Shown here: piece after piece, positions 36,454 through 48,217 of the stretch | Position numbering within the stretch: position 1 is the first letter of the stretch | Layout: each line of letters opens with the position of its first letter | NCBI RefSeq assembly: GCF_045037415.1 | Contig: NZ_CP173438.1 | Strand: one strand, 5' to 3' | Source: Escherichia coli | GTDB taxonomy: Bacteria; Pseudomonadota; Gammaproteobacteria; Enterobacterales; Enterobacteriaceae | Length of the DNA: 64,000 bases | The notes under the pieces: model-generated | The model's database searches: none | Told to the model about the DNA's origin: nothing | Seen by the model: only the letters and a program-made list of their open reading frames with translations | Translations under genes and position numbers: made by a program

Positions 36454-37955
36454 TGAAGACGTTGTTCTCCCGTTTAATTACCGTTATTGCCTGCTTTTTT
36501 ATCTTCTCTGCCGCATGGTTTTGCCTGTGGAGTATCAGCCTGCACCTGGTTGAGCGCCCTGATATGGCGGTGCTGTTATTTCCGTTTGGCCTGCGGCTAG
36601 GGCTAATGCTGCAATGCCCGCGCGGATACTGGCCGGTGCTACTGGGTGCGGAGTGGCTGCTGATTTACTGGCTAATGCAGGCGGTCGGTTTAACCCATTT
36701 CTCCTTATTGATGATCGGTAGTTTACTGACGTTATTGCCCGTGGCGCTGATCTCGCGCTATCGCCATCAACGTGACTGGCGCACCTTGCTGTTACAGGGT
36801 GCGGCGTTAACGGCGGCAGCGTTGTTGCAGTCGTTGCCCTGGCTTTGGCACGGCAAAGAGTCGTGGAATGCGCTGCTGCTGACTTTAACTGGCGGCCTGA
36901 CGCTGGCCCCGATATGTCTGGTGTTCTGGCACTATCTCGCCAATAACACCTGGCTGCCGCTCGGCCCGTCACTGGTTTCTCAGCCAATCAACTGGCGCGG
37001 GCGACATCTGGTCTGGTACTTGCTGCTGTTTGTTATCAGTCTCTGGCTCCAGTTGGGATTGCCAGACGAACTGTCGCGCTTTACGCCATTCTGTCTGGCG
37101 CTGCCGATTATCGCGCTGGCCTGGCACTATGGTTGGCAAGGAGCGCTGATTGCGACATTGATGAACGCCATCGCGCTGATCGCCAGTCAAACCTGGCGCG
37201 ATCATCCGGTGGATTTATTGCTCTCGCTGCTGGTGCAAAGTCTGACAGGGTTGTTACTGGGCGCTGGCATCCAGCGGTTGCGTGAACTTAACCAGTCGCT
37301 GCAAAAGGAACTGGCGCGCAATCAGCATCTCGCTGAACGGTTGCTGGAAACCGAAGAGAGCGTGCGCCGCGATGTGGCGCGAGAGCTGCACGATGATATC
37401 GGTCAGACCATCACTGCTATTCGTACTCAGGCTGGCATTGTCCAGCGGCTCGCGGCGGATAACGCCAGCGTGAAACAGAGCGGGCAGCTCATCGAACAGT
37501 TGTCGTTGGGCGTTTACGACGCGGTGCGCCGCTTGTTAGGGCGGTTACGTCCGCGCCAGCTGGATGATCTCACCCTGGAGCAGGCCATCCGCTCACTGAT
37601 GCGGGAAATGGAGCTGGAAGGGCGCGGCATTGTCAGTCATCTCGAATGGCGAATCGATGAATCAGCGTTAAGCGAAAACCAGCGCGTGACGCTATTTCGC
37701 GTCTGCCAGGAAGGGTTGAACAACATTGTGAAACATGCCGATGCCAGCGCGGTCACGCTGCAAGGCTGGCAGCATGATGAGCGGTTAATGCTGGTGATTG
37801 AAGACGATGGCAGCGGTTTACCGCCAGATTCCGGGCAACACGGTTTTGGCCTTACCGGAATGCGCGAGCGCGTAACGGCGCTGGGTGGCACATTGACCAT
37901 CTCCTGCCTGCACGGCACGCGTGTCAGCGTTTCTCTACCTCAACGTTATGTCTAA
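36453..37955 (+). CDS. uhpB: sensor histidine kinase UhpB
   Basis: [21 protein letters not shown]...; start ATG overlaps the uhpA stop. Confidence 0.92.
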
Positions 37956-37964
37956 GGTTCGATG

Positions 37965-39284
37965 ATGTTGCCGTTTCTGAAAGCGCCTGCCGATGCGCCA
38001 TTAATGACTGATAAACATGAAATTGATGCCCGCTATCGCTACTGGCGTCGGCATATTCTGCTGACCATCTGGCTGGGTTACGCGCTGTTTTACTTCACGC
38101 GTAAAAGTTTTAACTCCGCCGTACCAGAAATCCTTGCTAACGGCGTGCTCAGCCGTAGCGATATTGGCCTGTTAGCGACCCTGTTTTACATTACCTACGG
38201 TGTGTCGAAGTTTGTCTCCGGCATTGTCAGCGATCGCTCAAATGCCCGTTATTTTATGGGGATAGGGCTTATTGCCACGGGCATTATCAACATTCTGTTT
38301 GGCTTCTCGACGTCGCTATGGGCGTTTGCCGTGCTCTGGGTGTTGAACGCCTTTTTCCAGGGCTGGGGTTCACCGGTGTGTGCGCGTCTGTTAACCGCCT
38401 GGTATTCTCGTACCGAGCGCGGCGGTTGGTGGGCATTATGGAACACGGCGCATAACGTCGGCGGCGCACTCATTCCCATTGTGATGGCAGCGAGCGCGCT
38501 GCATTACGGCTGGCGTGCCGGGATGATGATTGCGGGTTGTATGGCGATCGTCGTGGGGATTTTTCTCTGCTGGCGGCTGCGCGATCGCCCGCAGGCGTTA
38601 GGTTTACCGGCAGTTGGTGAATGGCGGCACGACGCACTGGAGATTGCTCAACAACAAGAAGGGGCAGGGCTGACGCGTAAAGAGATCCTCACCAAATATG
38701 TGTTGCTGAATCCGTATATCTGGCTGCTTTCGTTTTGCTATGTGCTGGTCTATGTGGTTCGGGCGGCGATCAACGACTGGGGCAATTTGTATATGTCCGA
38801 GACGCTGGGCGTCGATCTGGTCACGGCGAATACGGCAGTGACAATGTTTGAACTGGGCGGATTTATCGGTGCGCTGGTAGCGGGTTGGGGTTCGGACAAA
38901 CTGTTTAACGGCAACCGCGGGCCGATGAATTTGATTTTCGCCGCCGGAATTTTGCTTTCAGTCGGCTCGCTGTGGCTGATGCCATTTGCCAGCTACGTGA
39001 TGCAGGCAACCTGCTTCTTCACCATTGGTTTTTTTGTCTTTGGCCCGCAGATGTTAATCGGCATGGCGGCGGCAGAGTGTTCCCACAAAGAGGCGGCAGG
39101 GGCGGCGACGGGGTTTGTCGGCTTGTTTGCTTATCTTGGTGCGTCGCTTGCTGGTTGGCCGCTGGCGAAAGTACTCGATACCTGGCACTGGAGCGGATTT
39201 TTTGTGGTTATCGCCATCGCCGCCGGGATTTCCGCACTGCTGTTACTGCCCTTTTTGAACGCCCAGACACCGCGAGAAGCGTGA
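37965..39284 (+). CDS. uhpC: membrane sensor UhpC (MFS-like)
   Basis: ORF MLPFLKAPADAPLMTDKHEIDARYRYW... Confidence 0.92.
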   Translation: MLPFLKAPADAPLMTDKHEIDARYRYWRRHILLTIWLGYALFYFTRKSFNSAVPEILANGVLSRSDIGLLATLFYITYGVSKFVSGIVSDRSNARYFMGIGLIATGIINILFGFSTSLWAFAVLWVLNAFFQGWGSPVCARLLTAWYSRTERGGWWALWNTAHNVGGALIPIVMAASALHYGWRAGMMIAGCMAIVVGIFLCWRLRDRPQALGLPAVGEWRHDALEIAQQQEGAGLTRKEILTKYVLLNPYIWLLSFCYVLVYVVRAAINDWGNLYMSETLGVDLVTANTAVTMFELGGFIGALVAGWGSDKLFNGNRGPMNLIFAAGILLSVGSLWLMPFASYVMQATCFFTIGFFVFGPQMLIGMAAAECSHKEAAGAATGFVGLFAYLGASLAGWPLAKVLDTWHWSGFFVVIAIAAGISALLLLPFLNAQTPREA

Positions 39285-39421
39285 TGCATCTCACCTTTTC
39301 ACTTCATATCCGGCAAAACTAAGAAATTTTCCAGGTTTTGCCTGGACGCTATCTCAGGCCTGATTTGCTGCTGATTTTTACAATGCATGCCTCACGCAGG
39401 TATTCATTTCAGGAGTAACCC

Positions 39422-40813
39422 ATGCTGGCTTTCTTAAACCAGGTTCGCAAGCCGACCCTGGACCTTCCGCTCGAAGTGCGGCGCAAAATGTGGTTCAAAC
39501 CGTTCATGCAATCCTACCTGGTGGTCTTTATCGGCTACCTTACGATGTACCTGATTCGCAAGAACTTTAACATCGCGCAGAACGACATGATCTCGACCTA
39601 CGGGTTGAGCATGACGCAGCTGGGGATGATCGGCCTGGGCTTCTCCATCACTTATGGCGTGGGTAAAACGCTGGTTTCTTACTACGCCGACGGCAAAAAC
39701 ACCAAACAATTCCTGCCGTTCATGCTGATCCTGTCTGCCATTTGTATGCTGGGCTTCAGTGCCAGTATGGGCAGCGGCTCGGTTAGCCTGTTCCTGATGA
39801 TTGCCTTCTACGCCTTGAGCGGCTTTTTCCAGAGTACCGGCGGTTCATGCAGTTACTCCACCATCACCAAATGGACGCCGCGTCGTAAACGCGGGACATT
39901 CCTCGGTTTCTGGAACATTTCTCACAACCTTGGTGGTGCAGGCGCAGCAGGTGTGGCGCTGTTCGGCGCAAATTACCTGTTCGATGGTCATGTCATCGGC
40001 ATGTTTATTTTCCCGTCGATTATCGCGCTGATTGTTGGTTTTATCGGTCTGCGTTACGGCAGCGACTCCCCGGAATCTTATGGCCTCGGCAAAGCTGAAG
40101 AGCTGTTTGGCGAGGAGATCAGTGAAGAGGATAAAGAGACAGAATCTACCGATATGACCAAGTGGCAGATCTTTGTTGAGTATGTGCTGAAAAACAAAGT
40201 GATCTGGCTGCTGTGCTTCGCCAACATTTTCCTCTATGTGGTGCGTATTGGTATCGACCAGTGGTCAACTGTGTATGCGTTCCAGGAACTGAAACTCTCT
40301 AAAGCGGTGGCGATTCAGGGCTTTACGCTGTTTGAAGCTGGTGCGCTGGTCGGTACGCTGCTGTGGGGCTGGCTCTCTGACCTGGCGAACGGTCGCCGTG
40401 GCCTGGTGGCCTGTATCGCGCTGGCGCTGATTATCGCCACGCTCGGTGTGTATCAACACGCCAGCAACCAATATATCTACCTGGCTTCTCTCTTTGCGTT
40501 GGGTTTCCTGGTCTTTGGCCCGCAACTGTTGATTGGCGTGGCGGCTGTTGGCTTTGTACCTAAAAAAGCGATTGGCGCTGCCGATGGTATTAAAGGCACC
40601 TTCGCTTACCTGATTGGTGACAGCTTTGCCAAGTTAGGTCTGGGAATGATTGCCGATGGGACGCCGGTATTTGGCCTTACCGGCTGGGCAGGCACCTTCG
40701 CCGCGCTGGATATCGCCGCGATTGGTTGTATCTGCCTGATGGCGATAGTGGCGGTGATGGAAGAACGCAAAATCCGCCGCGAGAAAAAAATTCAGCAGTT
40801 GACAGTGGCATAA
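39422..40813 (+). CDS. uhpT: hexose-6-phosphate:phosphate antiporter UhpT
   Basis: 463-aa [36 protein letters not shown]... Confidence 0.95.
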   Translation: MLAFLNQVRKPTLDLPLEVRRKMWFKPFMQSYLVVFIGYLTMYLIRKNFNIAQNDMISTYGLSMTQLGMIGLGFSITYGVGKTLVSYYADGKNTKQFLPFMLILSAICMLGFSASMGSGSVSLFLMIAFYALSGFFQSTGGSCSYSTITKWTPRRKRGTFLGFWNISHNLGGAGAAGVALFGANYLFDGHVIGMFIFPSIIALIVGFIGLRYGSDSPESYGLGKAEELFGEEISEEDKETESTDMTKWQIFVEYVLKNKVIWLLCFANIFLYVVRIGIDQWSTVYAFQELKLSKAVAIQGFTLFEAGALVGTLLWGWLSDLANGRRGLVACIALALIIATLGVYQHASNQYIYLASLFALGFLVFGPQLLIGVAAVGFVPKKAIGAADGIKGTFAYLIGDSFAKLGLGMIADGTPVFGLTGWAGTFAALDIAAIGCICLMAIVAVMEERKIRREKKIQQLTVA

Positions 40814-40831
40814 ACGTAACTGGTGACTTTT

Positions 40832-40858
40832 GCCCGGCATGACGCCGGGCTTTTTTTT
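40832..40858. terminator. bidirectional Rho-independent terminator between uhpT and ade
   Basis: Hairpin GCCCGGC-atgac-GCCGGGC followed by eight T; lies between convergent genes. Confidence 0.75.
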
Positions 40859-40859
40859 A

Positions 40860-42626
40860 TTATTCCGTGACTTCCAGCGTAGTGAAGGCAAACTTCTCAC
40901 CATCAAACAGCCCCTGACTGGTTAGTTTCAGCGCGGGGATCACTGGCAGGGAAAGAAACGCCATCTGAATAAACGGCTCATCCGGTAACGGACCGCATTC
41001 ACGGGCGGCGGCTTTCAAGGCGTCAATTTGCTCCGCCAGTGACTGCGCCGTGTCGGTGCTCATTAGCCCGGCAATGGGCAACGGTAGATGACTTTGTACC
41101 TGGCCGTTACGGACCACGCACAGCCCGCCGCCATCCTGAATCACCTGATTGACCGCCAGCGCCATCTCTTCTGCGCTACGACCGATCACCACAATATTAT
41201 GGCTGTCATGGCTGACCGTCGCCGCCAGCGCACCTTCATTCAGGCCAAAGCCGCCGAGCAAACCACAGGCCGGAGCCAGTCGTTGTCCGTAACGCTCAAG
41301 AACGGCAATAAAGCACACATCATCGCGATCAAAACCGTTTTCGCTGTAGACGCTGGAGCGGGAGTGCGTGATCAGTTCGTTATGGATTACCTCAATAACG
41401 CGATAGCGTTTTCCGGGGGTAAATTGCAGGGCAAAGTCACTGGCGGAAACTGGCTGGCGATCAATGGTATTGCCATATGGCGGGGCGGATTGTGCCAGTC
41501 TCGCCGACTCTTCCGCCTGTAAGGTTTGTGCATCGATCGGCTCGCCTTTCACCAGTACCTGCTGCACCGTGACCTTACGCGCATCGCTCAACAGGACGAT
41601 ATCGGCCTGCTTGCCGGGTGCCAGTAAGCCGAGGTGATTCAGACCAAAATGGCGCGCCGTCGACCAGCTGGCTACGCGATATGCCACATGCAGCGGTACA
41701 TTGTGTTGTTCGATCAGGCGGCGAATTAAGGCATCGATGTGTCCTTCATGGGCGATCTCCCACGGGTTACGGTCATCGGTACAGAGCATGCATTGCGGGC
41801 TGTTAAATTCGTTGATCAACGGTGCCAGCGCGTTGAGATTGCGGGCTGCGGACCCTTCACGGATCATCAATGACATGCCGAGTTGCAATTTCCGGCGTCC
41901 TTCTTCCAACTGATAACTTTCGTGGCAGTTTTCAATACCCGCAGCAATATAGGCGTTAAGTTCTTTACCACCCAAACCCGGGCAGTGACCGTCCAGTGTC
42001 AGGTGGCGAAATGCGTCCAGTTTATCGAGCAGCGCATTCTGCCCGCTAATTACGCCAGGGTAGTCCATCATTTCTGCAAGGCCGGTAACCTGCGGATGGT
42101 CCCGCCAGGCGAGCATCTGTTCAAGGGTAAAACTGGCACCATTAACATCGCAGCCTTCCAGGGCGGGTACGCAAGAGCTGACCTGTAAGTACTGGTTTTG
42201 CCTTGCCTGTTCGGCACAGCGGGCAAACCAGGCGAATCCGGCTTCTCCCATCACGTTGACGATTTCATGAGGGTCGCAAATAACGGTCGTCAGGCCGCGC
42301 GGCAGGGTAGCAGTTTCAAAGGTGACCGGCGTCATCATGCTGGATTCAATATGCAGGTGAGCATCAATAAACCCTGGCACCGCCGTTGCGCCGCGGGCAT
42401 CAATCCGCTGCAAAGCCGGAGCATCAGCGTATTCTGCGCCAACACCGGCAATGTAACGTCCTTTAATCACAATTGGGCCGGAAATTTCTCCGCCATTGAT
42501 CAGGTCGAGAATAGAGACATTATCAATAATATAATCGGCAACAGCGTCTCCACGGGAAACGGCTAACAATTCCTGGTATTCAGCCCGGCTAATGTGATGA
42601 AATTTATGGTTAATAGAATTATTCAT
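40860..42626 (-). CDS. ade: adenine deaminase
   Basis: 588-aa amidohydrolase [39 protein letters not shown]... Confidence 0.9.
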   Translation of the reverse strand: MNNSINHKFHHISRAEYQELLAVSRGDAVADYIIDNVSILDLINGGEISGPIVIKGRYIAGVGAEYADAPALQRIDARGATAVPGFIDAHLHIESSMMTPVTFETATLPRGLTTVICDPHEIVNVMGEAGFAWFARCAEQARQNQYLQVSSCVPALEGCDVNGASFTLEQMLAWRDHPQVTGLAEMMDYPGVISGQNALLDKLDAFRHLTLDGHCPGLGGKELNAYIAAGIENCHESYQLEEGRRKLQLGMSLMIREGSAARNLNALAPLINEFNSPQCMLCTDDRNPWEIAHEGHIDALIRRLIEQHNVPLHVAYRVASWSTARHFGLNHLGLLAPGKQADIVLLSDARKVTVQQVLVKGEPIDAQTLQAEESARLAQSAPPYGNTIDRQPVSASDFALQFTPGKRYRVIEVIHNELITHSRSSVYSENGFDRDDVCFIAVLERYGQRLAPACGLLGGFGLNEGALAATVSHDSHNIVVIGRSAEEMALAVNQVIQDGGGLCVVRNGQVQSHLPLPIAGLMSTDTAQSLAEQIDALKAAARECGPLPDEPFIQMAFLSLPVIPALKLTSQGLFDGEKFAFTTLEVTE

Positions 42627-42800
42627 ATTTTTCTCATTTTGATTTTATCAATTTGATTATTATTTATCATAAAGAAACGTCGCGAGATTATTAAAGAATA
42701 TCCATTAATGTGCAATTGAAATGTGATAATTATCACTGAACCGTTGTTGTCATTTGTTTTACAAAAGCAAGGGATTAAATCTCCTCCAATGGACAAAAAA

Positions 42801-44135
42801 ATGAATAATGACAATACCGATTACGTGAGTAATGAATCAGGGACGCTTTCGCGATTATTTAAACTACCTCAGCATGGGACCACCGTCCGCACAGAATTGA
42901 TTGCGGGGATGACCACTTTTTTAACCATGGTGTACATCGTTTTTGTGAACCCGCAAATCCTCGGCGCGGCACAAATGGACCCAAAAGTGGTGTTTGTTAC
43001 CACCTGTTTGATTGCCGGTATCGGCAGTATTGCGATGGGGGTATTTGCTAACTTACCCGTGGCACTGGCTCCGGCAATGGGCCTGAACGCCTTCTTTGCC
43101 TTCGTGGTCGTGGGGGCGATGGGTATCTCCTGGCAGACCGGGATGGGCGCGATATTCTGGGGCGCAGTTGGGCTATTTTTGCTCACGCTGTTTCGTATCC
43201 GGTACTGGATGATCTCCAACATTCCATTAAGTTTACGTATTGGTATCACCAGCGGAATCGGATTATTTATCGCCTTAATGGGATTAAAAAATACTGGCGT
43301 TATTGTCGCCAATAAAGACACCCTGGTGATGATTGGCGATTTAAGTTCTCACGGCGTGTTGTTAGGTATTTTAGGGTTTTTTATTATAACTGTGTTGTCA
43401 TCACGTCATTTTCATGCCGCGGTGCTTGTTTCTATTGTGGTGACGTCTTGCTGTGGATTATTTTTCGGTGATGTTCATTTTAGCGGTGTCTATTCCATTC
43501 CGCCTGATATTAGCGGCGTCATTGGTGAAGTGGATTTGAGCGGTGCGTTATCACTTGAACTCGCCGGTATCATTTTCTCCTTTATGCTGATCAACTTATT
43601 TGATTCATCAGGGACATTAATTGGTGTGACTGATAAAGCTGGCTTAATAGATAGTAACGGTAAATTCCCCAATATGAATAAGGCGCTGTATGTTGATAGC
43701 ATCAGTTCGGTGGCGGGTGCGTTTATCGGTACCTCGTCTGTTACCGCCTATATTGAAAGTACTTCAGGTGTGGCTGTCGGTGGTCGCACGGGGCTGACTG
43801 CGGTTGTTGTCGGCGTTATGTTTCTGCTGGTTATGTTCTTCTCACCGCTGGTGGCGATGGTTCCTCCTTACGCAACCGCCGGAGCGTTAATCTTTGTTGG
43901 CGTATTGATGACATCGAGCCTGGCACGCGTTAACTGGGATGATTTTACCGAATCGGTGCCTGCGTTTATTACCACGGTGATGATGCCCTTTACGTTCTCG
44001 ATCACCGAAGGGATTGCACTAGGCTTTATGTCGTACTGCATCATGAAAGTGTGCACCGGGCGCTGGCGCGATCTGAACCTGTGTGTGGTGGTGGTCGCAG
44101 CTCTGTTTGCACTGAAGATTATTCTGGTGGATTAG
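42801..44135 (+). CDS. adeQ: adenine permease (NCS2 family)
   Basis: ORF MNNDNTDYVSNESGTLSRLFKLPQHGTTVRTELIAG...; start trimmed to the ATG at 42801. Confidence 0.85.
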   Translation: MNNDNTDYVSNESGTLSRLFKLPQHGTTVRTELIAGMTTFLTMVYIVFVNPQILGAAQMDPKVVFVTTCLIAGIGSIAMGVFANLPVALAPAMGLNAFFAFVVVGAMGISWQTGMGAIFWGAVGLFLLTLFRIRYWMISNIPLSLRIGITSGIGLFIALMGLKNTGVIVANKDTLVMIGDLSSHGVLLGILGFFIITVLSSRHFHAAVLVSIVVTSCCGLFFGDVHFSGVYSIPPDISGVIGEVDLSGALSLELAGIIFSFMLINLFDSSGTLIGVTDKAGLIDSNGKFPNMNKALYVDSISSVAGAFIGTSSVTAYIESTSGVAVGGRTGLTAVVVGVMFLLVMFFSPLVAMVPPYATAGALIFVGVLMTSSLARVNWDDFTESVPAFITTVMMPFTFSITEGIALGFMSYCIMKVCTGRWRDLNLCVVVVAALFALKIILVD

Positions 44136-44187
44136 TAACTGGCGAGGGTTTCCAGATATCATGAGTTCTGATTACGCAGGAGAACTC

Positions 44188-44640
44188 ATGATCTGGATAA
44201 TGCTCGCCACGCTGGCGGTAGTGTTTGTGGTTGGTTTTCGGGTGCTGACATCCGGGGCCAGAAAAGCGATTCGCCGTCTCAGCGATCGGCTGAACATCGA
44301 TGTCGTACCCGTGGAGTCGATGGTCGATCAAATGGGAAAGTCAGCCGGTGACGAATTTTTACGTTATTTGCATCGCCCGGATGAGTCGCACCTGCAAAAC
44401 GCCGCGCAGGTGTTGCTCATCTGGCAAATTGTCATTGTCGATGGTAGCGAACAGAACCTGCTGCAATGGCATCGGATTTTACAAAAAGCCCGCCTTGCCG
44501 CGCCGATTACCGATGCTCAGGTCAGACTGGCGCTGGGTTTTCTGCGCGAAACCGAACCTGAAATGCAGGATATCAATGCTTTTCAGATGCGCTATAACGC
44601 GTTCTTTCAGCCTGCCGAGGGCGTTCACTGGCTGCATTAA
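44188..44640 (+). CDS. yicN: conserved protein YicN
   Basis: 150-aa ORF with N-terminal TM segment; synteny after adeQ. Confidence 0.8.
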   Translation: MIWIMLATLAVVFVVGFRVLTSGARKAIRRLSDRLNIDVVPVESMVDQMGKSAGDEFLRYLHRPDESHLQNAAQVLLIWQIVIVDGSEQNLLQWHRILQKARLAAPITDAQVRLALGFLRETEPEMQDINAFQMRYNAFFQPAEGVHWLH

Positions 44641-44649
44641 AACCGCTTC

Positions 44650-44715
44650 GTCTTATCAGCCTACAGACCGCGCCTGACCTGGTGGGTGGATAAGGCGTGT
44701 ACGTCGCATCCGGTA
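44650..44715. repeat. REP/BIME-like repetitive extragenic palindrome
   Basis: GGATAAGGCGTGTACGTCGCATCCGG resembles the REP consensus (GCCGGATGCGGCG...CCTTATCC); intergenic after yicN. Confidence 0.5.
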
Positions 44716-44755
44716 TCGGAATTGACAGTAGGTGAACGCATTATCTACGTTCTAT

Positions 44756-45079
44756 TTACAGCAGCACCTCCAGCCCGTGTTTTTGCACAATGCTGAGCAG
44801 TTTTAATGAAATGCCATTGGGGCGTTTAGCGCCACTTTCCCATTTTTGTACAGTTGAAACGCTGGTATTGAGATAGTGAGCGAAGACGGGCTGACTCACT
44901 TTTAATTTTTCCCGCAGTGCTTTTATCTCAACAGGTTGTAAGTCTTGCACGCTGGTCAGGCAGGCTTTGTCAAAAGTACGCATCGTTTCGGCAGAAATAG
45001 CATCGACTCTGGACAATCCAGCCGCTGCGCTGTGAATAGCTTCAAATGCAGGACTTTTAAATTTAGTTTTTGCAGTCAT
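44756..45079 (-). CDS. HTH (XRE-like) antitoxin, HigA-like
   Basis: 107-aa ORF with a C-terminal HTH-like region (...VSQPVFAHYLNTSVSTVQKWESGAKRP...); its start overlaps the upstream toxin ORF by 17 nt. Confidence 0.65.
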   Translation of the reverse strand: MTAKTKFKSPAFEAIHSAAAGLSRVDAISAETMRTFDKACLTSVQDLQPVEIKALREKLKVSQPVFAHYLNTSVSTVQKWESGAKRPNGISLKLLSIVQKHGLEVLL

Positions 45080-45422
45080 AGCAGATCTCTGTCAGTTCTT
45101 TAGTGTTAATCATTGCTGTCAGTTGGGCTTTCGTCAGGAAGGCATAATGCTTTGCAAGTTCACGAAACCCAGCCAGTTCCTGACTATTAATGTTCGACAT
45201 ATCCTGTTTTGCATATAAAAACGTGTAAAACCAATTGCTTCCCCCTTTCGCCAGAATAATTGCACGCTCACGATTTCGGTGAAGGCGCTTTTTAAAAACG
45301 CCACCACCAAGTACATCAGCTTTACCTTGTTCCGTTTCTAAAATGGCCCGGCACAACTCTTCATCTGTTATTGCATGAGACCTGGCTTCCCTTGCAAACC
45401 ATTTGGTTTTAAACACGCGCAT
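45063..45422 (-). CDS. RelE/ParE-superfamily (HigB-like) toxin
   Basis: 119-aa basic ORF directly upstream of and overlapping the HTH antitoxin; toxin-first order is typical of HigB-HigA modules. Confidence 0.6.
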   Translation of the reverse strand: MRVFKTKWFAREARSHAITDEELCRAILETEQGKADVLGGGVFKKRLHRNRERAIILAKGGSNWFYTFLYAKQDMSNINSQELAGFRELAKHYAFLTKAQLTAMINTKELTEICYDCKN

Positions 45423-45649
45423 ATCGTTGAGATCCTGTTATTAAAGTATATCACCAAGTGCAATACTTTATCCCTTATTCCCAACCTAATCGCGAAAATG
45501 CATATCACCTTGCCCTATGATTTTTATTTCTTCGAGCAGCCTCGAACTTTTCCCACAACACCGTAAAAGTTGCAAAAACGTTAAATACGTCACACATTTC
45601 AATGTTAAAGTGGTCGGCTTTCCCTCTGAAACATGCCACGGGTAACACC

Positions 45650-46840
45650 ATGAGTGAATTTATTGCTGAAAACCGCGGCGCGGATGCCATCACCCGACCG
45701 AACTGGTCAGCCGTTTTCTCGGTGGCATTTTGCGTTGCCTGTCTTATTATCGTTGAGTTTTTGCCCGTCAGTTTGTTGACGCCAATGGCCCAGGATTTAG
45801 GCATTTCGGAAGGGGTTGCCGGGCAATCGGTGACCGTAACCGCTTTTGTGGCGATGTTTGCCAGTTTGTTTATTACCCAGACCATTCAGGCCACTGACCG
45901 CCGCTACGTTGTCATTCTGTTCGCCGTTTTGCTGACGCTTTCCTGTTTGCTGGTTTCCTTTGCCAACTCATTCAGTCTGTTGTTAATCGGTCGCGCCTGT
46001 CTGGGGCTGGCGCTGGGCGGATTCTGGGCGATGTCGGCGTCGCTGACCATGCGTCTGGTACCGCCGCGTACGGTGCCGAAGGCGCTGTCGGTGATCTTCG
46101 GCGCGGTTTCTATTGCGCTGGTGATTGCCGCGCCGTTGGGCAGTTTTTTAGGCGAGCTTATCGGTTGGCGCAATGTCTTTAATGCGGCGGCGGTGATGGG
46201 CGTGCTGTGTATTTTCTGGATTATCAAATCACTGCCTTCGCTGCCAGGCGAACCTTCGCATCAGAAACAAAATACTTTCCGCTTATTACAACGTCCGGGA
46301 GTGATGGCCGGGATGATCGCCATCTTTATGTCCTTTGCCGGACAGTTTGCTTTTTTCACTTATATTCGCCCAGTGTATATGAATCTGGCGGGATTCGGTG
46401 TTGATGGCTTAACCCTGGTGCTGCTGAGTTTTGGTATCGCCAGCTTTGTCGGGACATCGCTTTCGTCGTTTATTCTCAAACGTTCGGTGAAACTGGCCTT
46501 AGCGGGCGCACCGTTTGTGCTCGCCCTGAGCGCGCTGGTACTGACGCTGTGGGGAAGCGATAAAATTGTTGCTACTGGTGTGGCGATTATCTGGGGGCTG
46601 ACCTTTGCTTTAATTCCCGTTGGCTGGTCAACGTGGATCACTCGCTCACTGGCCGATCAGGCAGAAAAAGCCGGATCTATTCAGGTGGCCGTTATTCAGC
46701 TTGCCAATACCTGCGGTGCGGCAATCGGCGGTTATGCGTTGGATAACATTGGTCTGACTTCGCCGCTGATGTTGTCCGGCACATTGATGTTGCTGACTGC
46801 ATTGTTGGTGACTGCAAAGGTGAAAATGAAGAAATCCTGA
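45650..46840 (+). CDS. nepI: purine ribonucleoside efflux pump NepI (MFS)
   Basis: [30 protein letters not shown]...; start trimmed to the ATG at 45650. Confidence 0.88.
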   Translation: MSEFIAENRGADAITRPNWSAVFSVAFCVACLIIVEFLPVSLLTPMAQDLGISEGVAGQSVTVTAFVAMFASLFITQTIQATDRRYVVILFAVLLTLSCLLVSFANSFSLLLIGRACLGLALGGFWAMSASLTMRLVPPRTVPKALSVIFGAVSIALVIAAPLGSFLGELIGWRNVFNAAAVMGVLCIFWIIKSLPSLPGEPSHQKQNTFRLLQRPGVMAGMIAIFMSFAGQFAFFTYIRPVYMNLAGFGVDGLTLVLLSFGIASFVGTSLSSFILKRSVKLALAGAPFVLALSALVLTLWGSDKIVATGVAIIWGLTFALIPVGWSTWITRSLADQAEKAGSIQVAVIQLANTCGAAIGGYALDNIGLTSPLMLSGTLMLLTALLVTAKVKMKKS

Positions 46841-46880
46841 TATCAGGTAAAGAAGCGTTGGTCAGTGGTTGTTGCCGTTC

Positions 46881-47174
46881 TTACATATCCGGGCATTCTA
46901 CCTTACCCAACGCTTCCCAATAATTGCTCTGATTATTACGTTCCATCGCTACGATGGCTTCGCGTATGTGTTGTTTATTGCTTTCATCAGACAACATTAA
47001 CTTTTCCCACGCTTCATCTGATAACGATGCCTGCGGGGTACAAATTTTACGTAAATCTTGCAATACCGTGGTTTTCTCTTTTGCCGACTGTAGGGAACTG
47101 AATGGCGACTCGGCCTGAGAAATGGCTGGAAAAATCAGGAATATGGTAATCATGAGTAGCATCGTTGGCTTCAT
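46881..47174 (-). CDS. yicS: small secreted protein YicS
   Basis: ORF MKPTMLLMITIFLIFPAISQAESPFSS... with signal peptide. Confidence 0.8.
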   Translation of the reverse strand: MKPTMLLMITIFLIFPAISQAESPFSSLQSAKEKTTVLQDLRKICTPQASLSDEAWEKLMLSDESNKQHIREAIVAMERNNQSNYWEALGKVECPDM

Positions 47175-47395
47175 AGCGGCAACCTTCTGCAAATGTGCAT
47201 CGAATGAAGCATAAGTGTAGTTTGCTTTTGCCGCTCTCATCATGCTGTACGAAAGGTGTTTGCGTGGTCAGTAAGAAGTGCCAGACTTTATATTCCACTT
47301 TTATTCCTTTTTATTCTTATCGATAGCGTTTCGTTTTTTAAACTGCAGCGACCTTACCGCTATAGTCAGGTAATCATTAATAAAAGGATAAAAAA

Positions 47396-48214
47396 ATGAA
47401 ACTGACAACACATCATCTACGGGCGGGGGCCGCATTATTACTGGCAGGAGTTCTGCTGGCAGGTTGCGACCAGAGCAGTAGCGATGAAAAGCATATTAAA
47501 GTTGGCGTTATTAATGGCGCAGAACAAGATGTCGCGGAAGTCGCTAAAAAGGTAGCAAAAGAGAAATATGGCCTCGATGTTGAACTGGTAGGATTTAGCG
47601 GTTCGTTGCTACCGAACGATGCGACAAATCATGGCGAGCTTGATGCGAACGTCTTCCAGCATCGACCCTTTCTTGAACAAGATAATCAGGCGCATGGTTA
47701 TAAACTGGTAGCGGTGGGAAATACGTTTGTCTTCCCCATGGCGGGTTATTCCAAAAAAATCAAAACCGTGGCGCAAATAAAAGAAGGCGCGACAGTGGCG
47801 ATCCCCAACGACCCGACTAACCTTGGTCGTGCGCTTTTACTGCTGCAAAAAGAGAAGCTAATTACTCTGAAAGAGGGAAAAGGGTTATTACCTACCGCGT
47901 TGGATATAACCGATAATCCACGCCATTTGCAGATAATGGAGCTGGAAGGGGCACAGTTGCCACGTGTACTGGACGACCCGAAAGTGGATGTAGCGATTAT
48001 CAGCACCACTTACATCCAGCAAACAGGACTTTCTCCGGTTAACGACAGCGTATTTATTGAAGATAAAAATTCGCCGTATGTGAATATTCTGGTGGCACGG
48101 GAAGATAATAAGAATGCAGAAAACGTGAAGGAATTTCTGCAATCTTATCAATCACCCGAAGTCGCTAAAGCGGCAGAAACCATCTTTAACGGAGGCGCGG
48201 TGCCTGGCTGGTAA
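47396..48214 (+). CDS. nlpA: lipoprotein-28 (methionine-binding lipoprotein family)
   Basis: 272-aa ORF with lipobox LLAGC. Confidence 0.9.
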   Translation: MKLTTHHLRAGAALLLAGVLLAGCDQSSSDEKHIKVGVINGAEQDVAEVAKKVAKEKYGLDVELVGFSGSLLPNDATNHGELDANVFQHRPFLEQDNQAHGYKLVAVGNTFVFPMAGYSKKIKTVAQIKEGATVAIPNDPTNLGRALLLLQKEKLITLKEGKGLLPTALDITDNPRHLQIMELEGAQLPRVLDDPKVDVAIISTTYIQQTGLSPVNDSVFIEDKNSPYVNILVAREDNKNAENVKEFLQSYQSPEVAKAAETIFNGGAVPGW

Positions 48215-48217
48215 TTC

